DNA of 63,170 bases, the filler included, from Choristocarpus tenellus KU-1152 (taxonomy: Eukaryota; Protista; Phaeophyceae), in NCBI GenBank assembly GCA_964200185.2. It is 15 parts of 15 records of this genome, joined end to end, with 100 filler letters (N's around TTAATTAATTAA, not from the genome) between each part and the next. Parts side by side here need not be neighbours in the genome. Positions count along the whole stretch, not along the records: positions 46,001 to 50,578 come from CAXNAD020013932.1; positions 50,679 to 55,654 come from CAXNAD020012302.1; positions 55,755 to 60,298 come from CAXNAD020014070.1; positions 60,399 to 63,170 come from CAXNAD020024883.1; 11 more parts are not named here. One strand, given 5' to 3'. The notes beneath the pieces were generated by a model. The model was not told where the DNA came from, made no database searches, and was given only the letters and a program-made list of their open reading frames with translations. Below, one piece after another: positions 50,571 to 62,748 of the stretch (within the stretch, counting starts at the first letter, position 1; each line of letters opens with the position of its first letter). Made by a program: the position numbers and the translations under genes.

Positions 50571-53399
50571 TTTCAAATNNNNNNNNNNNNNNNNNNNNNN
50601 NNNNNNNNNNNNNNNNNNNNNNTTAATTAATTAANNNNNNNNNNNNNNNNNNNNNNNNNNNNNNNNNNNNNNNNNNNNCATTCAAAAAGGGGTCCTTAAA
50701 AACTGCCGCAACATTTACAAAAAAAAACATATCGGCACTTTTTCCGCACCATTTTCGGTCAAACCCATCCTCAATAATAGTACACGCTCCATCCTCAATT
50801 TTTTAAATCCCTTGTTCCTTGTCTACTTTTTCTTTTTTCTTTCCTCACCTCTCTCTTCCCTGTACCACATTACCAATAGAATTCTTGCGCACGCAAAAGT
50901 CAAATTACTTCGTTAACTTTCCCTTTTCTCTTTGCCTTTTTGCTGAAGAAAGAATGAATCTGTAATAGTATATTTTAACAGTTGCAACTAATACTTTTGG
51001 AGGGATTCTTACGATTTTGGGCTGGCTTTCCCCCTTACTTCCATTACAAACTGGTGTTTTTTCTGTCTATTTTATTACTTCCAACACATGGTATATATTT
51101 TTTTATATTATGCCCTCTGACATTTTGCAGATGTGTCAGGGGGGATTCCAATGAAAATTACCTGGTATCGTTCACAACTATAGTAGTTATGTTCGAAACA
51201 AGGGCAGGTAGGATGTGGGAAGTCGCTACTTCTAATTTCCAAACTTGTACAAGAAGATGGGAACAATATTTTGCTAACACGAAAAATATTTGATGCTACT
51301 CCATCTGATACTATTTGTGTGTTAAAGAGGCCATAGAAAATAGGTGGGTATATTCGAGTTGAAGATGTATATATGTGTCTGTAGAGTGAGGGTAAGTTGT
51401 AGAGTTCCACTTTCTCCTCAAGAATTCCAGATTCGTTCTACGAACATTTTATATCTTTATGCCCTTTGACATTTTGGAGATGAGTCAGGGAAAAAGTCAA
51501 TTCATTATACACACAATATATTATAGTGAAAAATAATATTATTCTGTAAGACAACACCACATATTTTCACTGTATTACTAAATACATACTGCATACTATT
51601 CTAGGATATAGAATGAAATCAGAACTACAAGTAGGAAGTTACCCATAATTTGATATTTAATCTTCCTCACAGATCTAACTGGAAAGGTGACTAAGAAATA
51701 TAATAATATGTATGTTCTTTGATTTCTACAATTATGAGAGTGATGTGTTCTTTCTGATCTCCAACATACTAACGTAATCGAATAAAGCGCGCAGTCTTAT
51801 CCACTTCTTGCGCGCCACCTTGTACTACTGGTGATGTGGTATAGGTCAGACAAACAACCACATCACACTAACACTGACATGATGAACGGTGGCTGGCGGA
51901 TTCAAACCAGTAAAACCCGGGATTGTGTTTTCTTTTGTGACTAGTCGCAACCAATCACCATGATCGGTCTCAACGCACGCCCAGCATGTCTCATCCCTGT
52001 ATCTCACTTCATTTCCTTGAACCTTATCTCTGGTGGTTCTCATCACCCCCATCACACAGAACTACGCCGTTTAACATTGGTACACGCGCCGATATATGTT
52101 GAGGGGTCCCAGATATATAGATTCAAGTCAAGATGACTGACAAGAAGGAAGCGCAACCGCCAACTCAAAAGGTTGTCGACCCTGGTCATTAAAACGAGAA
52201 GACTTGGGGGAACAAAATAACCAGGAAAGGGCAGGATCAGGGGAAAGATCATTCGACGTCCCCAAACCTGTCGATCTTCAGCCACGACAAAAGGGAAAAT
52301 GCACCTTTCACAGTTCGCTTGGACACGAGGGCGATGTCGCAATGCTGAGGGAAGATCTTCGACCTAACCTGGGCCAGACCCGATACCAAGTGTTAGATGA
52401 AGATGATGAACAACAAAGGCTGGGGGTTCAATATCCGCAACAACATGTCCATTCAATTCCGGGTTGTCACTTAAGTCTAACACAGTTTGGTAGTGGGAAA
52501 CTAAGGAGATAGTCTCATAACTGCTACCTTCCAAGGATTAACCAGTAACGGATGAGAATATTATATTGACCCATCCTATCCTGACATCATTCCTTGGGGT
52601 TATCAACTTGATCTCTTGATCTTGAAGCAGATTCTCACAAGGGCTTACACCCAGGAGTTCTGGGGCACAGCATTTGCCATACTCTCCAGTTACCAAAAAA
52701 ATTAAATAGGTGAATCTTCCAGTCACTTTGCATCCTGCAACAAGTGTGAAGAGTAGTCGATTCGCCAACGTTCGTCGGTGATTGCAGCACGTGCCACCCG
52801 GCCAGAAATCTTTACTACTCCCCCCATGAACCCCAGTGGAAAAACATAGAACTGCAGGAGGAGAGGGTGAAAAATGAGAGGATTTAGGGATGCACTGCTG
52901 ACTCTGTTTCCTCAGAGCTAGTAAGGACAAGGCATATATATGTACCTGGTATGATCTCTAAGCACTTGTTCTCCATCTCGGGAAACACAAAGAAACCCGT
53001 GAAATCCAAGACACAACTTAACAATAGTACAAGGTTAGCAAACCATCACTTGCCACTGGCAAGACATGTAACCACGGTTGCATCCGCTATATCTTGTACC
53101 TCATGACCTTGCTTGTACGTGGATGTGGGTTTTTCTGGAGCTAATATATGTCGTTCTACTCTTTCATGTTGTTGGCACACATCACTTAACTAAACATTAC
53201 TGAACCTCCCCTCACGCAGTGCATGTTTCATCTCACTGCGTAAGAATTCCTGGTTATGTGGATAATGAAACTCGTACGAACGTCACTGTTGATACTGTTT
53301 TCTTACATTCCAGTGTATTCAAGCCCACTCCACACTCTGTAATGCACCATTCGGGAGATTCCATGAGGGGGTCTACAGTTAAAGGGAGGGAGTGGTAGG

Positions 53400-55100
53400 C
53401 ATTTGTTTGTTCATGGTCTCAACTCATTTTTCACTGTAATCCGGAGACATATAAATGTCTGTCCAAGCAGTAGTGACTCTCAGCTTGGGAGTGGACAAAC
53501 GTTTATTAAATAACACCTTTATGTCAGCTTTTGGGGCAGTGCTTGATTGTGACAAAGAAGAATTATCGTTTAAAAGCAATGATGCATGAATTCCAACGAC
53601 TCACAAAATCCTACCAATTCCATCTCTTAACCCTAACACATGATTGTCGGACTGAAAATACATCGAAGACCAATACGTCACCTCATGTTTCAAAATCAGT
53701 GACCACAAATGAGTTGTCCACACCTGTGCATACTGTACAAAAAGGTGTATCTTCCCCCAAGAAAATTGTTGTTTCGATTTGTTCTCAAGCCCTTCGAAGA
53801 ATAGATACTGATGCTGTTGTGGAACCTATCATTAGAACTGGCATAGATCTTTAGCAGGATGAAGACATTCTTTCCCACGGGCAATATACTATGGTCAGTC
53901 TAACCTCACTGTTTGGACATAAGATAGAGGATGTTTAGTCAACACTTTCCAAGCTATCAAAGAATGGAGTCAAGCTACCTGCTCACTTTATAGTAGGTCA
54001 TATCTCCCCATCGTCGCATACACATACCCTCTCATATACTACCACATTTGAAATCGCAGCAACACCCTTCAACCCTGAAGTTCTTGAAAGGGCTAGGGAT
54101 TATTTGAAGGTGTTTTCAAAGAAGGCCAATGCACAACTGATTTTAATTGAGCAAGAGGAATTGCTCGATATTGTAGCTAAATCCAGACCAGTCTTCTCAT
54201 TACCTGAAGATGAATTGGGCTGTTATGTCAAAACTTCTGTTTTCTTTCCACTACAACGAGACACTAAAACCAGTTAGTAGACCTCTGCATCCGCCTGGAA
54301 CCAAAAAAGAGGCACCATCCGTCAATGTCTAATCGATATGGAAAAGCAGGGTATAGTGAAACCCTCTTCAAACCCTTGGGCATCCGCTGTTGCCATTGTT
54401 GCGAAACCTAATGGACCCCGCCATTTCCGTGTAGATTTCAGAGGAACCAATACTAATCAGCTGATACAGAATTCATGACAATTTACCGTTCATGGAAGTG
54501 AGTTGATCTACATTGGGAGGTTCGAAATAATTATCTTTTTATATTCTCCACATATTCATTCAGTCTGTCAAACGGACAAAAAATATATTCATCACACGAA
54601 ACAGGTAATATATGTTCCAGATGTTATCATTTGGAGTACAGAATGCACCATGTATCTTCCAACACTTCATGTCTGAAATATATTCTACAATGGGTTCTAC
54701 CTCTGAGTTATTGTCAGCTTATACTATCCTTGTTTCGGCATCTCTAGGCTGGGCAAATCACAAACAGTAAATTACCACGGTACTATCAATCTTACAAATG
54801 TGGGCGATACATTGAAGTCATACAAGGCTAAAGTTGACTCAAAGCAAATACATTATGTGGGACTTGATGTCAGCCCAAAAGGAATAGCTATTCCACTAGG
54901 TTGTATTCAAGCTATGTTAGAGATGTATCTCCCAAATGAGGAAAGGCTTACAATCATTCTTAGTTTCCATTTCTCCCTTTAAGAAAAGACAATCCTCACC
55001 AACCAACTACTACAGAACCATTAGTGAAATCCATTCAGGTAGAAGGTACATACAGTATTCTCTTTCCTGATGGCGAGGCAGGAGATGATCATTAACACAT
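53400..55100 (+). pseudogene. Ty3/gypsy pol (RT) relic; the element may extend upstream to ~51750
   Basis: MEKQGIVKPSSNPWASAVAIVAKPNGPRHFRVDFR and MFQMLSFGVQNAPCIFQHFM are gypsy RT motifs; multiple stops and frameshifts. Confidence 0.9.
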
Positions 55101-55160
55101 AAACATCATTAAAAAAGCGCCCGTAATCGTTTCCATCCTATTCATGAAGCTTATTATTCA

Positions 55161-55335
55161 TTTCCCAGCTCACCACGATTAATTAGTCGCTTCAACAATT
55201 GATTTCCCAGGTCGCCACGATTATTTAGTCGATTCCACGATTGATTTCCCAGCTCACCACGATTAATTACTCGCTTCGACAATTGATTTCCCAGGAATGC
55301 CACGATTGTTAGTCGATTTCACGATTGATTTCCAG
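55161..55335. repeat. ~42-bp tandem repeat, ~4 copies
   Basis: TTTCCCAG...CCACGATT.ATTAGTCG.TTC.AC.ATTGA repeated. Confidence 0.85.
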
Positions 55336-55754
55336 GTTTTGTAACAAGTGGTACAAAATACGATTTTGTATTACATTAATTTTGTTCCGCTTTTTCGGGC
55401 ATTACCATGGGTGAAAAAAATCGAGTAACCTACTATAAGCGGCCTCTTCGACACCAACCTGTATAAACCAAAATCAATGGTCATATTAACTGACTTACTT
55501 TTCAAAAGGTTTACTTTAAGAGACGAATTTCGCTATTACTGTTACAGGCGCCCCTCAATGCTTACCTTCCAGGATGTACAACTCAAATCCAACGACCTTA
55601 AAATGACGCTATGGGGGTGTTGCCTTTTACACCGAGTTGTAGGGTGTCAGATAGNNNNNNNNNNNNNNNNNNNNNNNNNNNNNNNNNNNNNNNNNNNNTT
55701 AATTAATTAANNNNNNNNNNNNNNNNNNNNNNNNNNNNNNNNNNNNNNNNNNNN

Positions 55755-55823
55755 CCACACCCACACCCACACCCACACCCACACCCACACCCACACCCAC
55801 ACCCACACCCACACCCACACCCA
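55755..55823. repeat. (CACACC)n microsatellite
   Basis: About 11 units at contig start. Confidence 0.95.
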
Positions 55824-55860
55824 CAGCAAAAAAAACAAAAATCGAGCCCTTCCTCCTCAC

Positions 55861-58136
55861 CCCAAAGTCAGCGTGGCCAGGTGTGTCCACCACGTTGAGA
55901 ATGTGCCTGTGCCAGGAGAGCCTTGTGACCTTGCTCATGATTGTAATACCTCGTTCTCGTTCCAAGTCGTTGCTGCAGCAGGGTATGCAGGGTATGCAGG
56001 GTATCAAGCTAGGTAAAAGAAATATTTTGAGGACGTGGATGTGCTTGGAAGGCGGGATATAGACGTAGAACTTTTGGGAGTGAAAATACATGGGGCGAGA
56101 CGGGGCTCAAGGAGAAGGTATTGTTGGCATTGCCTAAAAAAAGGTATCACTAGTAGTGCTGTACAGCATTGCGGTGACTTGAGGAACGGCGTGGTGCTGT
56201 TGTACTTCTATGTTTGAAAAATGCTTCTGTAACATATCTCACGAATGAGACGATATGGAAAAAGACACAAGAGGCATGGCCTGAGTTCAGATATGCTGTG
56301 ATATATGACTTGTAAGTATTGCTGTTACTATACTTACACACCTACCATGTATTGCTTGCATTCATTTCAACAGCGAGTGCAATTGTTCTAACTACCTCCA
56401 GTGGAAATGGAGCTTTCAACATCTATTACACTCAACCTTGTCCTAACCCTAAGGACAATACGATATAGAACAGATTATACTACCTTGCAAGTGGCGGGTA
56501 CTGTATTCGTGCATGATCATGATGGAGATCTTATTTCCCTGTAGTTACACTACCAGAGGTCAATACACTAATACACTGAACCTGTACCAAACAAAAATAC
56601 TCTAATCCTTTGAGTACATAACATTCTCAACCATGAAGAAACCTGTGACAACCACATGTGCAAAATCTAAGCCTACACCAACAGAGACTTCCACCCTCCC
56701 TTCTCACTTATCCAACAGGCGGTCCACACCATCGCTCCCTCCATCAGAGCTGCATGCATGCAAAAGCTTATCCACCAATGTGGTTTTCCCATGATCTAGA
56801 AGGCGATTGTAGATTGCGACAAAAGAGGGCATGGGTTTGGGGGGCAGTGGGGAGGAGAAATGGTGAGCTCGCCTTGCTCATTTGAGTAATATTCACCATT
56901 CCATTGATGCATAGGGAAACAAGCTCCATAGAAATGGAGGATGCAAGAGAGAGCCACCTCCAACGTGTATACCTTTCCTTGGGTAATCTCGACCCCCTCT
57001 AGTGGGCTGCCACAGTCCCTCGACAAGCAGGCATAGAACATCTTCCAAAATGGATTGGTACGAAACATTTTGCAACCTTCGACCCAACAGAGAGTGATTA
57101 AGGACAAATCGCCATCCAGTAAAAGTTCTTGGTAATCCGTCTCTCTCCATTGATGTACTGGAAAAAACACAATGAGGGACCTCTGGCAAGTTTCGCCTCT
57201 TCCATCTTCTCAAGTACATCTCCTTTTTGAAAGGAACGAGGGGAGAACTCCTGTGGAAGTAATGATCATTGCGCTGATGGCGGGTGTCACTGCTGCCAAA
57301 GATTTCACTAGAATAACTATTGGATTATCTGCATTTATCTGTAAGGATCAGACAAGGAATAGAACACCAGTACAGAAAGAGCTCATCACTAGGTTCAAGG
57401 CCAATTCTTGTTTAGGGAACGGCGCCAAACATCTCCAAATTCTAGTATTACAGAGCGAGCCGTCGTCTAGATTCAAACCATGGTCTTCCCCAGCAACCCC
57501 ATGATGCCCGCTACAGAACCATTTCTGTCAAAATGACATGTATCTATACCAATCTCAATAAGTGGAACTTTACGTCGATGTACCAAATGAAATGTAGTGG
57601 TCATAAACGTCAAAATACCCGATGAGAATGCTCGTATCTCACCATCAATAGGTGAACAGAGAAACACAGAGGGTGTAGAGACCTTTATTCTTGTGGGTGT
57701 CATCCGGGAAGCCGTCAATCAACACCAGACTTGAGTAGAAAGAATGACACAGAATGAGCACGCCACGAACCTACTACGAAGCACTTTCGGGATTTGACAT
57801 GGTCGAAGATTGGTCTACGCAGAGCTTACATCAGAACCAACATAGATCGACACTTCATCTCCCGTCGACTGTCCACCACATCTCCAGGAATAGTTAGACA
57901 GGTATTGCAGGTGGTTAATTTCACATACCTACATGCGCTATAATGGCGATGTTACGGATGAGTTCCGGCTGAGCAGCCACCTGAAGATTTGATCCATTGC
58001 CAAGGCCATCCAGTCCACCAGCTATGGATGTGTTGGCCCTTACAAAGACAGGAGCAACCCAGCATCGACTATGCCGCAATGCTGAGCCCCAGATCGTTGG
58101 CGTGCGCAGCACCCGCCTGGATGTTGCTGAGAGCAT
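55861..58136 (-). CDS. typA: TypA/BipA translational GTPase, 5' part, probably mitochondrion-targeted; exons 58136-57929, 56795-56708, 55972-55861
   Basis: [10 protein letters not shown]|[12 protein letters not shown]...RLLDN|[16 protein letters not shown]...[12 protein letters not shown] (G1-G3 with TypA-type GHADFG). The N-terminus is Arg/Ser-rich and acid-poor. Confidence 0.93.
56900..57720 (-). pseudogene. Ty3/gypsy RNaseH-integrase relic in typA intron 1
   Basis: TTFHLVHR (cf. F.I.HR.G) and RITKNFYW...WVEGCKM (cf. integrase Zn-binding FYW...V..C..C); frameshifted. Confidence 0.45.
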
Positions 58137-58355
58137 CCTGGAGGGCAGATCGATCTGTGTTTGGGGCTTGAGAAAGGTCTACAATAACAAACTCAAAGGA
58201 GTTGTTGTAGAGGCCGAAGGCAGTTTGCGAGTAAACATATTCTTCTCAGCACTAAGAGAGCCAGCCAGCAGTATCGATGGGATGTAACATGATACCGTTG
58301 TTTTATGTGAAATCACCACCTGCCTAAAAGGAAAGCGACTTCAACATTCTAAGCG
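58137..58355. promoter_or_regulatory. Putative bidirectional promoter/5'UTR region (219 bp between divergent ATGs)
   Basis: typA ATG at 58136 (-) and NadD-like ATG at 58356 (+) lie on the same contig. Confidence 0.55.
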
Positions 58356-60231
58356 ATGGAGAGGCAGGATGGCAACTGGATGGATGTGGGCATGCCATTA
58401 GAGACGGAGAGCGATGAGGAGAGGCGAAAAAACGTCTTGTTATTTGGAACATCTGGGAACCCACCCACTGGTAGAAGTGGCCATAGCGGGGTCGTGGAAT
58501 ACTTTGTGGATACAGGTAGGTTTATCGTCTGTGCAATTTGACGTGATTCTCCACCGTGTGTGTGTGTGGTGGATAGATCGATTTCCTCATCACCAGGTCA
58601 TATGCAATCTTCAACATCTCTCTGCACCCTCACAATCCCCAACCAAACTCCTGCGTTGTCTGATCAAATGTCTATGTGATTGCTTTGTATCCTGCTGCCA
58701 CTTTGGTCGTAAATATCGACATATATGCCCGTATCTTTGGAAACCTGATTGCGCATGATTTGAACCGGTCCTTTGTGTATGATACCGTAACATGTTTCCG
58801 ATTGCTGCTATCGAATCCGGTTCTAAGGTTGGAAAAAATCTACAAGTTCCCTCTATTATTTCCCAGTCGTGGGATTTGGTTGACAGGAAGCCTCCCCTAG
58901 CCGCATGTGCTTTGTCCAGAGCGAACAAGACAGGAATCTCGTGAAGAGATTTGGTATACTGTTCACATCTTGTCACTCAAACCTCCAGCGCAAATTACAA
59001 TCAAGCTGTTGGTATTATACCCCCCAACAATATCTACTTCCCTTTGTACCTCACTTTATGTTCGGGTTGTACCCTTCTCATGGACTCAATTTAACTTCAT
59101 TCTTGTCATTTTTTGCCCTTGACCTGTCAAGGGGCATGAGATGGTCTTCATTCCATGGAAGAAATGAAATTATCGTTCGGCCGAGCCATCGACAAAATGC
59201 GAGGTCATACAGAGACACGTAGAAATGCTGTTGAGATGTACTCTCTACTGCAGTGCCACCTGTAAAAGTCGCATGTAGCAGGTCCAGTAAAGAAATTTAT
59301 TGTCGATGTGGACAGGAGAAGGCAACCAACTATGCCTCAACTACTGCCTTTCTATGTGGCACTCTCCAAACCTTTCTGAGTATCTCCCCTGGGGTCAACA
59401 GACAACGAGTCTTTTAGATGCGACAAGACTAATTTGGGGTTGGTAAGATGTCCCACCATGATGTCTGGTCTGCCCTGTTCACATTGGTGCTTCCTGGGAT
59501 GAAGGTGCATCAAAGTGTCACACTTGCAATGCATTTGAATGTAGAGTGGTGGGGTGGTCTGTGGTGAAAGAAACAGATGGGACCATAGATTGACTATAAG
59601 CGCTTGCACACATGCGCATTCCCCTGCTTTCGATGCTCAGGTTGTACCTAACATGTGTGAATCCTTAGATAGTGAGGCACGTATGCTGCCCTTGCACCAT
59701 TCTCTTCATGCAAGTTATCTTCACATCTAACTGCACTTCAGCAATGCCTCCAGTCTCTATGGATCGAAGACGCATCAGTGCTCTGCTGCTCTATGTGATA
59801 TGTTCGTGGGAAGACACCAGTCCCAAAACAACTCTGTCCTTTCCTTTTGTCCTGTGTACCCTCAATTGCCTTAGCTGGCTGGGGTAAACTTTCCTCCCCT
59901 TCTCACTTTCCATTCATTAGGAAGCCTCTGTCGTTTAGTCTTGGATACCACAGTCAGTGGTTAGTACATGATCGAAATTTCCAAGTTGTTTTACCTTCTC
60001 GATTTCTGCTTCCAACTCCCTCCCCTTTACCCCCATACTATTAACATCATGCCTATGCATTTAATGTATAAGTGCACCTGGATATATCAACTTTCTTTTC
60101 AATTTTTTTGTTTCAGGGCGCTACGAAGAGGTGTGGGTACTGCCAGTGTACCAACATATGTTCAAGAGCAAGAGGGACAACATGAGCGTCTCAGGTTCTG
60201 CCACCTTCAATCAGAGGGTGGACATGTGCCG
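58356..60231 (+). CDS. NadD-like nicotinate/nicotinamide-nucleotide adenylyltransferase, 5' part; exons 58356-58515, 60117-60231
   Basis: VLLFGTSGNPPTGRSGHSGVVEYFVDT|GRYEEVWVLPVYQHMFKSK...TFNQRVDMCR matches the NadD FG.S.NPP..GH, EVWVLP..H.F.K and R..MC motifs. Phase-1 junction is consistent. Confidence 0.85.
58600..59600 (-). pseudogene. Ty1/copia RT relic in intron 1 of the NadD-like gene
   Basis: Ordered traces KLN*V (cf. KWV), VRYKGK*ILLG (cf. RYKARLV..G) and SHDWEI (cf. DWEI.Q.D). Confidence 0.45.
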
Positions 60232-60887
60232 GTGAGGTGGGCTACAGTTGACTCTGGACAACAATGGCAAAGGGGGGAGGGTCGGGGTGGAACATGTTNN
60301 NNNNNNNNNNNNNNNNNNNNNNNNNNNNNNNNNNNNNNNNNNTTAATTAATTAANNNNNNNNNNNNNNNNNNNNNNNNNNNNNNNNNNNNNNNNNNNNAA
60401 ACAAAACACCCAAAAAACCCAAAAAGAAAAAATTACCCCCAAAGGGACAGGTTCCAACCCCCACCCCCCCCCCCCCCAGATACCTCAAGGCTGATCTTGT
60501 TTTTTTATATTGTTGTTGTGCATATACTTCCGTACTGACATTTTTTTTATATATATTTTTCATTATTGTTGTATGTACTGCTCCAACGAAGTAAGAAACA
60601 ATTTTTTTTACCCTATCTTTCTTCGAGTCGAAATTTCAAAAAAAAAATTAAAGCATTTAATTTTGTCTACGGTGTCTACTTTTTCCATTGTTAAAAAAAA
60701 ATAGATTTTCACCTTTTTTTTTTCTAAACAAAAAGATACATATATATATATGTATGTATACAATCACTTTCTTGTTGATAGGTATATTATATTTTTCTCT
60801 GTATGTATTATGTACGTGTACGCCTTCAAAAAATCAAATTCTGCACTAATACAACAGAATATTCTCCTTTTTTTATTTTTGTTGCAG

Positions 60888-61816
60888 GTGGACTCTCCCA
60901 TCGCAAATCTTGTACAGCAAGGGACCAGCCTCAGCCCGGATGCCACCATTCAGTATGATAATGACAACCCTAACATTGAGGAGGCGATGTTAGAGACGAT
61001 GCAGGTTGGTGCAATAATAATAATCATAATAATAATATTAGCATGAATCGTAGTAATAAATAATAACACAATAAATATAGTGCAAATAATTATGACAGAT
61101 ATTAATTAAGACTAGTAGCATTAGCAGCAGTAAAAATAAAAATAAGAACAGTAACGGCAATAACAGCGGTAGCAGCAGCAGAAATAATTCTGATAAAAAA
61201 AAATACAAACTGCTAGTAGAGGTGGTAATTGTAGTAGTAATAATAATGTTTGGGTGTTTTGAGCTATCGCCAAGGGAATTTTTCCAAGAGATTTCTTTGC
61301 CCCTGATGCGGAGTTTGGATCTGTGTCAAAACTCCCCTTTAACCAACCAATTACCAACCAATTACCAACCAATTAACCTATCAAGCGAGTAGTGCCTAAT
61401 GGGGTCTTTTGTGAGACAGGGCGGTCTGTCAACCTGCATGAAGTGAAGTGACAGCAACTGGTGGGAATACAGTGTTCGACTTGACTTAGTCTTTTTGTTG
61501 TTGGATTGTGCTACGTAGCATCTGGATTATGCCACAGAGCATCTGGATTTGCCACATAGCCTCTGGATTATGCCACGTAGCATCAGGATTATGCCACAGA
61601 GCATCTGGATTGTGCCACAGAGCATGTGGGTCGTGCCACGTACAGTTCCCGTTCACAAAACTGAAGCGCCTGTCGCTCAAAGTATGTACATCCATATCCA
61701 TCATCTAACCCTAACCCTAACCCTCATCTGCACTCTGTACGGCATAGTGTAGTAGTATTACTGTGGGACCCCTAACCCTATAACTCACGATGCGTGAGAT
61801 ACATACTTTAGAATAC

Positions 61817-61855
<39 letters not shown>

Positions 61856-62748
61856 TATTTCTTTTTTAATTATTATATTTTTTCCAACTTCCAGCGCAAT
61901 GATCACCCCAACCATAACTCAAAAGAAGTCCCAACCCGCTTTCTTGTTCAATTGGCCACAGGCTTTGTTGGAGTTGCCGCATCCTGTGGTGGCAATCATG
62001 CCCGGAGCAGAGACTGGGGTGGAACTGGCTGACATGTTAGCTGTTCGTATGGGGACAAGATCGAACACAGAGGAGCTTACTCCTGCCAGGAGGAATAAGT
62101 ACCTCATGGGAGAACAGGTTTGTGGATATGTGTGTGTTTATGAATGTATGTATGTATGTATGTGTGTGTGTGCTTGTGAATATATGTATGTATGTATGTG
62201 TGTGTTTATGAATTGTATGTATGTATGTATGTATGTGTGTGTTTATGAATGTATGTATGTGTGTTTATGTGATTGGGCACACACACACACACACTCTACA
62301 CGAATCCTAGAGGTGGGTATATGAATACACACACACACACACACATACATACATACATGTTTGATTGAATTAGGATCAGAGTTGAGCATGCCACGAGGGC
62401 CCCATTGGGACAGGAGGAGGAGGAGGAGGAGAAACAACAATAAAATTGACACAGTACATCATTTGTTTCAGGTTCTTCAAAATTGACAAATATGTATATA
62501 AAAATAAAAATGTAGAGGGATATTATTAACTTGGAACTACAAATATATATATAATATAATATAATATATATACATACATTATATGCATATTATTATTTAT
62601 ATTATTCAAATATTTTTTTATATTTGTTTTTTTTCAACAGGTTCGAAGTCGGGGAGTCAGGGCGGCCAGACAGATATTGGCGTACAACCTTGCTGATGTG
62701 GAGGCGTTCTTTAGCGATGCGGGGATCAGAGCTCAGGGCCCATGCAAG
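60888..62748 (+). CDS. ATP-grasp ligase (L-amino-acid ligase/carnosine-synthase-like), partial; exons 60888-61004, 61962-62117, 62641-62748
   Basis: Phase-0 exons give AIMPGAETGVELADML...RSN...ARRNKYLMGEQ|VRSRGVRAARQ, the N-terminal pattern (G.E.GV.LAD; RR.K..M) of this ATP-grasp group. Confidence 0.85.
61506..61640. repeat. 21-bp tandem repeat, ~6 copies, intronic
   Basis: GGATTATGCCAC(AG/GT)AGCATCT repeated. Confidence 0.9.
62127..62358. repeat. TATG/TG and CA/CATA microsatellite cluster
   Basis: Low-complexity arrays directly after the exon ending at 62117. Confidence 0.85.

Noticed and set aside
59105-59135. FFALDLSRG as a plus-strand gypsy RT motif
   Set aside because: No flanking RT motifs in order on that strand; the minus strand fits a copia relic better.
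3125-60398. Regularly recurring TTAATTAATTAA palindrome as a biological repeat
   Set aside because: Always centred in an exact 100-nt N block; it is a concatenation linker.
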